From assembly GCA_963520985.1 (NCBI GenBank), contig CAUQTA010000004.1, positions 76,017 to 140,016 on the forward strand: 64,000 bases of DNA. The letters are read 5' to 3'. Each line of letters opens with the position of its first letter. Positions within the stretch are counted from its first letter, which is position 1. The notes below the pieces were generated by a model. It ran no database searches and had not been told where the DNA came from. It saw only the letters and a list, made by a program, of their open reading frames with translations. A program made the translations under genes and the position numbers. Positions 19,914-28,967 of this stretch are shown in pieces. Source of the stretch: an uncultured Sphingobacteriales bacterium (lineage in GTDB: Bacteria > Bacteroidota > Bacteroidia > Cytophagales > 172606-1).

Positions 19914-20193
19914 TTGTTTGCAAACAAAAATAGTAGGCTTGAAGACGCCAAAACCGGCATGCTTTTAATTCCGATCAGGCACATGTATCTGACTTACGTA
20001 TTTGAATACCGTAATTTCAATCTTGGCATTCCCATTCGACAAAACGCCAGTTCGGTGAAGCCAATCAGGGTTGAGAATAGTATCTTTTGAAAAGCAAAAA
20101 CCGACCTACCAAATAATTAGGTGTTTTCGGAACCGGAAACAAAAACGTGCAGTTAGGTTTTCTGGAAACACACCTTCAAACCCGAACCACTTT

Positions 20194-20880
20194 ATGAATC
20201 ATCCCCTCGACAATCCCATCTGGAATGCCTTGACTACCAATCAAAAAGACATGGCAACTGGCAACGAACAAGTGTGGTATTATGACCGGGAAATTGCTTT
20301 CTTCGCCGGACTTCGCGACAACAGTGAAGAAAACCTGCAAAGCCTGTATGACTTGGTACCGGCTGGAATGACGTTTATCCTGTTTGTTCCGGGAGAAATT
20401 TCCGTTCCGGCGGGTTGGAAAACACTGGTCAATCGGGAGTTGTTGCAGATGGTATACGAGAAAAACACACCCACTGCCTTGGCGGAAGATGCTGGACTTG
20501 TACCTCTGCAAACGCAACACGTTCCGGCAATGCTTGAATTGACGGATCTTACCAAACCCGGACCGTTCTTTAACCGGACCATTGAGTTTGGCGGGTACCA
20601 CGGTATTTTTGACGGCGACAGGCTGGTGGCTATGACCGGGCGACGCATGCAGCCCAATGAATACGTGGAAGTAAGTGCGGTGTGTACCCATCCCGATTAC
20701 ACGGGCCGGGGCTACGCGGCCCGGTTGGTCAATCAGCAACTGGCGAGCCTTATTGCCGAATCGCGTATTCCGTTCTTACATCTGTTTGCCGACAACTACA
20801 ATGCCTACAACCTGTATAAAAAACTGGGGTTTGAAACCCGAAAAGAAATGCGGGTATATGCAATAGAAAAAGAAGAGTAG
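20194..20880 (+). CDS. GNAT family N-acetyltransferase (FR47-like)
   Basis: MNHPLDNPIW start, TKPGPF, EVSAVCTHPDYTGRGYA acetyl-CoA motif, LYKKLGF. Confidence 0.9.
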   Translation: MNHPLDNPIWNALTTNQKDMATGNEQVWYYDREIAFFAGLRDNSEENLQSLYDLVPAGMTFILFVPGEISVPAGWKTLVNRELLQMVYEKNTPTALAEDAGLVPLQTQHVPAMLELTDLTKPGPFFNRTIEFGGYHGIFDGDRLVAMTGRRMQPNEYVEVSAVCTHPDYTGRGYAARLVNQQLASLIAESRIPFLHLFADNYNAYNLYKKLGFETRKEMRVYAIEKEE

Positions 20881-20936
20881 ACTACAAACGAGAGGGTTTT
20901 GCCTTTTGTGGAGATACTATTTTTGACCGGGACAGC

Positions 20937-21620
20937 TTACTCTGACCGTAACGTATAGCCCATGCCTATCACCGTGTGAATGAGCTTGTTGTCAAAATCT
21001 TTGTCAATCTTTTTGCGTAGGAAATTGATGTAGGTATCAATGGTGTTGCTCGACTGGTCTAGATTGGAATCCCATATCCGGTCGGCAATGTCGACCCGCG
21101 ACACCACCCGGTTGCGGTTGCGCATCAGGTATTCGAGCAAGGCATATTCCTTGCTGGTGAGCTGTATGTTTTTGCCCGCCCGCTGTGTAGTATGGCTGTT
21201 CAGGTCCATTTCCAGATCGGCCACCTGCAAGATGTTTTTTTTGATATGGGCCTGATTTACATTGCTGCGGCGGTACAAGGCATTCAAACGCATGAGCAAT
21301 TCTTCAAACTGAAAGGGCTTGGCCAGAAAATCGTCGATGCCAGCCGCATAGCCGGTGGCCTTGTCTGACAGGGACCCCATGGCCGTTAGCATCAGAATGG
21401 GCGTTTGCTGTTTCTCGTTGCGGATGGCCTGCGTAAGTGCGTAGCCATTCATTTTGGGCATGTTGACATCAAGCACAATGATGTCGTATTCATTGGCAAA
21501 AGCCATGTGCAACCCTGCTTCGCCGTCTTTGGCGACATCAACCCGATGCGCATTTTCTTCCAGTCCTTTTTGGATAAAAGTGGCTAGGCGAGATTCGTCT
21601 TCAACAATCAGAATTTTCAT
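20937..21620 (-). CDS. OmpR-family response regulator (CusR/CzcR-like)
   Basis: MKILIVEDE, LDVNMP, DDFLAKPF and winged-helix IHTVIGMGY. Confidence 0.93.
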   Translation of the reverse strand: MKILIVEDESRLATFIQKGLEENAHRVDVAKDGEAGLHMAFANEYDIIVLDVNMPKMNGYALTQAIRNEKQQTPILMLTAMGSLSDKATGYAAGIDDFLAKPFQFEELLMRLNALYRRSNVNQAHIKKNILQVADLEMDLNSHTTQRAGKNIQLTSKEYALLEYLMRNRNRVVSRVDIADRIWDSNLDQSSNTIDTYINFLRKKIDKDFDNKLIHTVIGMGYTLRSE

Positions 21621-21736
21621 ATGCCATAACTGATTAAATGTCCGGAAAGCAACTGCTGCCTTCGATGCCTCCAAATCTAGGATGCAAAAGTGTCGCGGAT
21701 TGCTCAAATTAATTTTAAAGCCAGATTAAAATGCAA

Positions 21737-23122
21737 TTAATTCATACCTTCCGTGCCGCCGATGCTGGGCAGTGTGACAGTAAACACCGAGCCCTGACCC
21801 ACCACCGAATGCACCTGTATGCGTCCCTGGTGGATTTCCAGAATGCGTTTTACCAGAGGCAATCCTAATCCGTATCCCGACTTTTCGCTGGTGCCCGGCG
21901 TGCGGTAAAAAGCATCAAAAATGTGTTCCAGTTCGGTCTCTGATATACCCATTCCCTCATCGGAAAAGTCTACATGAATCTGGTTTTCCGAAAAACGGAT
22001 GCGCACCTGCACTTTCTGGTTCGGGCTGTATTTGCAGGCGTTTTCCATCAGGTTCTTGAATGCCAGCGTGAGCAACCGGGCATTGCCCTGCACCGAAATG
22101 GCTTCGTCCGAGTCGGGAACGGTTTCAAAGTCAAGCGAGAGGTGGTATTCAGGCCGGTTCTGGCGCAGTAGATCGGCCGCCGACCAGAGCTGTTCGTCCA
22201 GCCGGAGAGAAACCATCGCCACAGACTGTGCCTGGGCGTTGAGCCGCGCCAGTTCCAGCAGATTGTTGACCAGCGCAATCATCTGATTGACATCGTCCTG
22301 AAACGCCTCCAGGGTCTGTATGTATTCCTGGGTAGTGCGTTGTTTTAAGAGCGTCACCTGCGCATTGCTTAATAGGATGGCGAGGGGAGTTCTAAGTTCG
22401 TGGCTGGCATACGACACAAAATGCAATTGTTGCAGGTAGGCGTGTTCCAGCCGGTCGAGCAGTTCGTTAAAGGCCCGGGCCATCTGTCCGATTTCATTGG
22501 AAAGCGAGGCTTCGGACAACCGCTGGTGAAAACTGGTTGATGAAAACGCGTGCATGTGGCTGGCAATCTGATGCAAAGGAGATAAGTCGCGCCGAATGAA
22601 ATAGCCGCTTGCCAGCCCTTGCAGCAGGATCAGGACAACCGATCCGGCTATCAGTGTATTGCGCAGGTTGCGTTGTTTGGCAAAGCCCGATACATCGTAT
22701 CCTGCCGCTTCCAGAATCAGTAATTGTTTGGCCGGGTTGTTCCGGCTCAAAAACAAAGTTCGTTCATAGCCATCCTTCCGGAATTCCACTTCGTTTCGGA
22801 ATACTTCGGCTTTGCGTTTGGTTGTCAGGTGGGCTATTGCTCCTTGGGTTTTAAAGAGAATGCTTCCCGTCGAATCATAAATGATGAGTTGCCTTTGGTT
22901 GTAGGGTTCTTCCTGCAGGGCTTCGACCAATTGCAGCTGCTGCCTGTTGATGCCTTTGGTGAAGATGAGTTGCTCCAGATTGAGAGCCGCCTGGCGAAGC
23001 CGCAGGTAAAAATCATCTTCGCGGTAATGGGAGTAAAACCAATAGATGTTAATGGAAAACAGGGTGAGTCCTGTGATCAGCAGAAATGACATACTGATGG
23101 AATGTTTCTGGACAATGCGCAT
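21737..23122 (-). CDS. Sensor histidine kinase (HAMP, HisKA, HATPase)
   Basis: Two TM segments; ASHELRTPL H-box, NLMENACKYS, DEGMGI and GYGLGL; ATG at 23122 preferred. Confidence 0.92.
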   Translation of the reverse strand: MRIVQKHSISMSFLLITGLTLFSINIYWFYSHYREDDFYLRLRQAALNLEQLIFTKGINRQQLQLVEALQEEPYNQRQLIIYDSTGSILFKTQGAIAHLTTKRKAEVFRNEVEFRKDGYERTLFLSRNNPAKQLLILEAAGYDVSGFAKQRNLRNTLIAGSVVLILLQGLASGYFIRRDLSPLHQIASHMHAFSSTSFHQRLSEASLSNEIGQMARAFNELLDRLEHAYLQQLHFVSYASHELRTPLAILLSNAQVTLLKQRTTQEYIQTLEAFQDDVNQMIALVNNLLELARLNAQAQSVAMVSLRLDEQLWSAADLLRQNRPEYHLSLDFETVPDSDEAISVQGNARLLTLAFKNLMENACKYSPNQKVQVRIRFSENQIHVDFSDEGMGISETELEHIFDAFYRTPGTSEKSGYGLGLPLVKRILEIHQGRIQVHSVVGQGSVFTVTLPSIGGTEGMN

Positions 23123-23471
23123 AATGCTCAGAAGGGTTAGAAATTCGGGAACACGGGCTGCTTGAATATCCGCATGCAACTGCCAACAGGCCGGTTTTTG
23201 CTTTTTCAACGATACTATTTCGGAACAGACGCCAACAATATGCCGCGGCATTGCAGGTCTCTTCCATGTCTTTTAACTGCTGCCTTTCTTCCAAAGCTTT
23301 GCCGGTTCTAAAATTAACTGCTTTTTAATCTGGTTTCAATTGGGCTTTGAAAATCTGCCTGCAAATTGGCATCATCAAAACATTCACACACCGGCTGCTT
23401 GCCGATTGCGGCGGTTGGGTAAGAGAATGCGAGTGTATTTTTTTTATTAAAATAACCTAATTCAATCCAAC

Positions 23472-24032
23472 ATGAAAACCTTCCCCATGGCCGTGCTACT
23501 GGCAGGGCTCACTATCGCAGGAGTTCAGGCTCAAAACCTCACCGAAAAAGAAACCGTTACCATTGCCCATGTTCGAAAAGGTGAAGAGCCTCAGCAGGTA
23601 TTGGAAACGCTTAAAAATGATTTTTCCGAAGCCATTGTGAAAGATATGACCCTGTTGCCCAGTGCGTTGCACGGCAAGGAATGGGCCATTACCGAACAGG
23701 AAATCTTATCGCCCCATGCGGATGTGAACTTTTACCAGGTGCAGGCATCGGGCAAAAATGTCAATCTTTCGGCAATCTACAACAAACAGGGACAGCTTAT
23801 CAGCTACCGCGAACATTTAAAACATGCCGAACTGCCGCCATTTGTCAAAAAGACATTGGACAACCAATTTCCGGGCTATCAGATTGCCAAAAGCCAGGAA
23901 CGCATCCGCGTCGAAGCAGGCAAGGAAAAGATTGCCTACAAAGTTGCGTTGGTGTCGGGCAAAAAGCATCGAATTGTCTTTCTCGATGGGCAGGGAAAAG
24001 TGACACGCACAGCCAAACCACTGCATATCTGA
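23472..24032 (+). CDS. Secreted protein, PepSY-like repeat family
   Basis: Signal peptide; ELPPFVKKTLDNQFPGYQI and AIYNKQGQLI resemble PepSY-like/BLIP-like repeats. Confidence 0.6.
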   Translation: MKTFPMAVLLAGLTIAGVQAQNLTEKETVTIAHVRKGEEPQQVLETLKNDFSEAIVKDMTLLPSALHGKEWAITEQEILSPHADVNFYQVQASGKNVNLSAIYNKQGQLISYREHLKHAELPPFVKKTLDNQFPGYQIAKSQERIRVEAGKEKIAYKVALVSGKKHRIVFLDGQGKVTRTAKPLHI

Positions 24033-24079
24033 AATCTCCGCAACCGTTTTTTGTCATTTGCTGACCAACCTTACCCAAG

Positions 24080-24760
24080 ATGAAAACGTCAAACTGTCGG
24101 ATGTTCTTGCTGGCCGTGCTGCTGGCAACTTCCGCATGCAATCAAAGCAAGCCCAAAGAAGAGACTACGGCTTCGAAAGAAGTAATTGATACAACCGGCG
24201 CCATTCCGATGGATGAACTCGAAACTGAAACCATTGCCGTAGACGAACGACCCTCTGACGTTCATTTACTAACAGCGCTGAACGATTTCTCGCAGAAGAA
24301 AAACGCCGAGGCGGCCCAGCAACTGCAGGAAGGAATTGATGCCCTGAAGGAAGAAACCGCCAATTATAAAGCTGCAAGCAAACAACCGGTAGAGCAAACA
24401 CTTGCACTTCTGGATACGCTCAGAATCCAGGTAAAAGAGGGAAAGCTGACCCGGATAGAGCCGTTGCAGAAAGCAGTGGCTAAAGCCCAGAATCTGGTTG
24501 CGCATAATGTGTTTTATGCGGTAGAAGAAACGCTGGTTACCGAAAAGCAAAGTGCCACCGCTTTGAGCCTTACCACTGCCATCAACCAACTGAAACAGGC
24601 TGTTGAAAAAGACAAATCGGCGCTGAAAAAAGAGGGGGAAACGTTACTGAAAGAAGGACAAAATCTGGAAGCGCAACTGAAAAAAGGGGAAAAAGTGGAA
24701 CAAACCCAGTTGAAAGCTTACACATCCCGGTGCCATCAGTGGCTAGAAAAACACGACTGA
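24080..24760 (+). CDS. Hypothetical helical lipoprotein
   Basis: Lipobox LATSAC; alanine/lysine/glutamate-rich helical sequence. Confidence 0.7.
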   Translation: MKTSNCRMFLLAVLLATSACNQSKPKEETTASKEVIDTTGAIPMDELETETIAVDERPSDVHLLTALNDFSQKKNAEAAQQLQEGIDALKEETANYKAASKQPVEQTLALLDTLRIQVKEGKLTRIEPLQKAVAKAQNLVAHNVFYAVEETLVTEKQSATALSLTTAINQLKQAVEKDKSALKKEGETLLKEGQNLEAQLKKGEKVEQTQLKAYTSRCHQWLEKHD

Positions 24761-25182
24761 GAAGCTAGAATTGTATTTACAGAAACAGTACTAGCACGAG
24801 AAGCTCAATAAATTGCCTGCGCGAACATTGCCACATTCCAAGCCGAACGACGAATAGATGAGGGGACTTTCGTGCAGGCTGTTTTTTCGGGTGGTGGTTT
24901 CCCCGGAATGACACGGAGGAAATCAACTGCCGAAAACGCGAGCAAGGATTTAGGGAGGCACCTAGCATTGGCCCTATCGGAAAATGAAATTTTTTGTGTT
25001 CTCTGCTAAATCTCCAACCTTCCTCTGACAAGGGGAAGGTTTTTGCTTTTGAAAAGATACTATTTCTAAGTGGAATACTATAAGAGGTGGCCCGGTATGG
25101 CGATACAAACCATGAGGCCAAGAGATAATAAAGTTCTGATAGATAGTGCGTTGCCTTTTGTTTGATGCGTTTTGTATCTGCC

Positions 25183-26814
25183 TTACTTCCGTTCATACAC
25201 CTTAACCCATCGATTAGTCGATACGTAGGTTTGCCGGAATTTCTGTTTTAATTCTATGGCTATCTGCCCGTTGCCGAGCAGCGGATCGTCTTCATTGACT
25301 CCAAGCAAAACAACATGAGAAACCGGCATATGCGACATCTGTTGCATCTCGGCAATGGAAGGTTTGATGATGGGCGGCAATGAATCGACAATGGTTTCGA
25401 GTTTAAAATCCCATCGTTTGCCATGGATGGGAAAATAATCGTACTGGGCCTGGTAGTTGTGCAAACACACCGTTTCTTTGCCTAAGCACAAATAGTTGGA
25501 AATGTGAATGAAAGGGTGAGGTAGACGAACCGTTTTTTCAAAACGGGATGAATACCGGATGCCCGTGTAAGGCAACACAACCGAATGATTGGGAATGAAA
25601 TGCCGGGCTGAGAGAATCTCCGAAACCCGTAGATGCATCTGGTAATAATAGTATCCCTGATAAAGGCAAAACCCCAGTGCCAACGCATTGCCTATCAGCC
25701 AGATGGGCTTGTGAGAGGTGGCTGTAGTGAGGTGAGCCAGTGCCAGAATCAGGAACGCACACAGCAAAAAGGCCAGCCGGGGACGTATGATAAATCCGCC
25801 GGCAATGTGTTCGGGCATGCCCAGATACAACACCAGCGTGATGCCCATAATGAGGCCCAGTGCCAGCCAGTGAGCGTGTGGTCTTTTTTTACGGGCCTGC
25901 CCAAGCACACCGATACTCACCCCCAGCATGCCCAACACCAGCAGACGAAACAGGAAAACGGCAAACCAGCTTTCGTCGGTATCCAAGACCTGGTATAGGC
26001 TGACAAGTTCTTTCAAAAATTTAAGCTGCTCGTGCGGAAAATAAATTTTCTCAGTTCCCTGGCTATTGAGCAGGAAATAAAGGAAAAGAAGACTGGAGGG
26101 CAAGTAGATAATGACGTACCGGATAAGGGCTTTGCCAACTGTCGGCATAGCCGGAAATCGGATGGCCTGTCCCGGCTGCCAGTCGACCAGATAGTTGATC
26201 AGGAAAGAGCCCGTGATCAGGATCGAAAACAAAAAGGTAAGCGGGTGCAGCAACTCAATGACCAATGTCAGTGCCATAAACACCAGCATGTCTTTTCGGG
26301 AAAACGGATAGCGGGCACTTACCCACCGACCAAATAAACCGAATAACACGACAAAGCTGAGAAGCTGGCCGTAAAAGCCGTAAATGAACACTTTGTTGTA
26401 CAAGATTGGAAAGATAAACAGCGAATAGACCGAAGCCGAAGGGTTTAGTTTCCGTAGAGCATAGCGAAATGCCAAAGGCAAGCCTATCAGATACAGGCCT
26501 TGAATGATCTTCTCGGCTACAAAATCAGGAACCAAGTACATCAGCCACGCCAGTAATCCATTGCTGACCCAGTTGGTGGAAACATGTTGATTTACCTGAT
26601 AATACTGACTCAGAAAGGCATCCTTTCCCTGCCAGAAATACTTGAGCAGGGTGGCATTGTACAAATGTGCCGGACCGTCGTGGGTCAGGGTGTATTTGCC
26701 GATAAATATGGGAATCAGGTAAAGAAAGATGAAAAAATAAAAAACAGAAATTTCAACAAATTTGGTGTTTTTTAAAAAAAAGTTAAAAGAGATCTGACGT
26801 GTTGTTACAGACAT
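25183..26814 (-). CDS. Polytopic membrane protein, possibly a GT-C-type glycosyltransferase
   Basis: About 11-12 hydrophobic segments, first-loop THDGPAHLYNA and a soluble C-terminal domain; the function is an inference from topology. Confidence 0.55.
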   Translation of the reverse strand: MSVTTRQISFNFFLKNTKFVEISVFYFFIFLYLIPIFIGKYTLTHDGPAHLYNATLLKYFWQGKDAFLSQYYQVNQHVSTNWVSNGLLAWLMYLVPDFVAEKIIQGLYLIGLPLAFRYALRKLNPSASVYSLFIFPILYNKVFIYGFYGQLLSFVVLFGLFGRWVSARYPFSRKDMLVFMALTLVIELLHPLTFLFSILITGSFLINYLVDWQPGQAIRFPAMPTVGKALIRYVIIYLPSSLLFLYFLLNSQGTEKIYFPHEQLKFLKELVSLYQVLDTDESWFAVFLFRLLVLGMLGVSIGVLGQARKKRPHAHWLALGLIMGITLVLYLGMPEHIAGGFIIRPRLAFLLCAFLILALAHLTTATSHKPIWLIGNALALGFCLYQGYYYYQMHLRVSEILSARHFIPNHSVVLPYTGIRYSSRFEKTVRLPHPFIHISNYLCLGKETVCLHNYQAQYDYFPIHGKRWDFKLETIVDSLPPIIKPSIAEMQQMSHMPVSHVVLLGVNEDDPLLGNGQIAIELKQKFRQTYVSTNRWVKVYERK

Positions 26815-27023
26815 TATCTATAAAAAATACGGAGAGGTGAATGGGAGTCTTGCAAAGTTCCCAACCCGGTAAGACTGAATGTGTGTGATTCACGAGGCTT
26901 TTTGTTCCAATTTAGGGAAATCTCTTTATTTTATGCCAGAAAAAGAAAGATTATATTTTACGAATTCGGGTAATGTGTTACTGGCCAGGGTTTTGGGTTT
27001 TTGAAATATACTATTTCCACGCA

Positions 27024-27758
27024 TTAGTGAATTGAAATTTGTTGCCCTTCTTCCAGGCAGGCTACCGCCAGTTCAGCTTTGTGTGCCAGCATGGACTCGC
27101 CCAGATGGGTCAATGCTGTTTTTTTGGCTCTTAAGTGCGGCAACCGGGGCTCCAGCTGATGGTAACTGATGTGGCCCTTACTTGCTTTGTCGTACTCATT
27201 GCATTCGCAAACAAACAAATCGGCCTGGTCGGCAATGGGCAGCAGGGCGTCAGTCCACTCGGTATCACCCGAAAACCCGATTGTTTTTCCGCCCCATTCC
27301 AGGCGAATGGCATGGGGAAGCGATTCGGGCGAATGAATCACCGGAACGGCTTTTACCTCAAAATGAGGCGTATCGACAGGACTTGTACTGAAGTCGAGGT
27401 AGTTTACAGTAAAATATTGGCTAATCTGTTGAGCAACACCCGGATACAAACATTCCAGCAACTGAGTAATGCGTGCCTCGCCGCCGGGCGGACTGATGAT
27501 GGTGAGTGGCCGGGTTCGTTTGTTGACCAGCGAATCGAGCAATAGAAACGGAACACCTCCAAAATGGTCGCCGTGAAAATGGGACAAAATAATGTAATCA
27601 ATGCCAACAGATGCAATGACCTGCCGCCGCATGGCAATCAGCGATGTGGCACCGCAGTCGAGCAGGACTTGTACTTCCTGGTGTTGCAGGTGAAAGCAGG
27701 TATTTAACTGGCCGCCGCTAGCAAAGGCATCGCCACAGCCCAGAACTGTGAATTTCAT
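27024..27758 (-). CDS. MBL-fold metallo-hydrolase (RNase Z-like)
   Basis: VLGCGDAF, LLDCG, SHFHGDHFGG, FSGDT and LTHL motifs. Confidence 0.9.
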   Translation of the reverse strand: MKFTVLGCGDAFASGGQLNTCFHLQHQEVQVLLDCGATSLIAMRRQVIASVGIDYIILSHFHGDHFGGVPFLLLDSLVNKRTRPLTIISPPGGEARITQLLECLYPGVAQQISQYFTVNYLDFSTSPVDTPHFEVKAVPVIHSPESLPHAIRLEWGGKTIGFSGDTEWTDALLPIADQADLFVCECNEYDKASKGHISYHQLEPRLPHLRAKKTALTHLGESMLAHKAELAVACLEEGQQISIH

Positions 27759-27800
27759 GTAAGGCGGGTTTTGAATCTGAAAAAGATACTATTTGGAATT

Positions 27801-27868
27801 ACAGGTAAGAGACATCAGACTTGAAATCCGTTTTTTCGCATTTCTTAAGTCTGATGTCTCTTACCTGT
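27801..27868. repeat. Perfect 22-bp inverted repeat
   Basis: acaggtaagagacatcagactt (27801-27822) / aagtctgatgtctcttacctgt (27847-27868). Confidence 0.9.
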
Positions 27869-27875
27869 TTACGGC

Positions 27876-28259
27876 TTATTCCACAATAGCCGTAAATTCG
27901 ATCTCCACCAGGTATTCGGGAGCTACCAGTTTGCATATCTCATAAATACCCGTAGTAGGCTTGATATCCTGGAAATACGCACCATGAGCCCGGGCTATGT
28001 CATCAAAAAAAGCGATGTCGGTTGTGAAAATGCGGGTACGCACTACGTCTTTCATACCGGCACCGGCTTGTTCGAGCACTTTCTCAATGCGTTCCAGAAT
28101 GTTGAGTGTCTGGGCATAGGCATCTGTCGCTGTTACTTTTTCGCCGTCAACGATGGCTACCGTGCCCGATACTTCAATGATGTTGCCAATGCGTACGGCC
28201 CGGCAATAGCCCATTTTGTCTTCCCAGGGCGAACCGGTTAAAATGTTTTGTCGTGACAT
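27876..28259 (-). CDS. RidA/YjgF family protein
   Basis: PWEDKMGYCRAVRIG, VSGT, DVVRTRIF and LVEIE motifs. Confidence 0.9.
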   Translation of the reverse strand: MSRQNILTGSPWEDKMGYCRAVRIGNIIEVSGTVAIVDGEKVTATDAYAQTLNILERIEKVLEQAGAGMKDVVRTRIFTTDIAFFDDIARAHGAYFQDIKPTTGIYEICKLVAPEYLVEIEFTAIVE

Positions 28260-28354
28260 GTGTGTAAGGATTAATGGAGAATCCTGCTTGGCGGATTCAG
28301 GGTTTAGAGTGAAAAATAGCCTGTTTCTCGTTGAATTTGAATGATTGGATTGGT

Positions 28355-28852
28355 TTAGAACAACTTGAGTTGTTTGTGGCCTCCACCGTGGCTGGCCTCG
28401 TGTTCAATGAGCCATTCTTTGCGCCAGAGACCGCCTGCATATCCCACCAGATTGGTGTCGCTGCCCACCACCCGATGGCACGGAATGATGAGACACAGCG
28501 GATTGCGGCTGTTGGCATTGCCGATGGCCCGGATGGCCGCCGGTGTTTTGAGTTTGTGGGCCAGGGCTTTGTACGTCGTTAACTTGCCATACGGAATATG
28601 GGCCAGCTCTTCCCACACCTGCATCTGAAACTGAGTTCCTTTTACAATCATAGGCAAATCAAAATGCTGGCGGTTTCCTTTGAAGTATTCGTCCAGCTGA
28701 GCCTGACATTTGGTTATGTGGACGGGTAGATTTTCGGAAACGGCTTTGGTTTGCTTGTCCACAAACAACACCGACGAAATGCCTTCGTGGGTAGCGGCGA
28801 TTTCAATCCAGCCGATGGGAGAGGAGTAGTAACTGACAAACGAGGTATCCAT
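28355..28852 (-). CDS. ogt: Methylated-DNA--protein-cysteine methyltransferase
   Basis: IPYG, RAIGNANSRNP and the active-site IIPCHRVVG. Confidence 0.93.
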   Translation of the reverse strand: MDTSFVSYYSSPIGWIEIAATHEGISSVLFVDKQTKAVSENLPVHITKCQAQLDEYFKGNRQHFDLPMIVKGTQFQMQVWEELAHIPYGKLTTYKALAHKLKTPAAIRAIGNANSRNPLCLIIPCHRVVGSDTNLVGYAGGLWRKEWLIEHEASHGGGHKQLKLF

Positions 28853-28967
28853 GCGTACAAGCCGATTTCTTAGGCTCGAAAGTTACCGCAAATCTAAGTC
28901 TTTGTCAAAATCATTTTATTTCTCCATTTTGCAGCTAATGTTCAACAAACCCTCTACAGCCACCCGT

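Noticed and set aside
24777..25196. 139-aa minus-strand ORF
   Set aside because: No recognisable features; crosses a terminator-like hairpin and a motif copy between convergent genes
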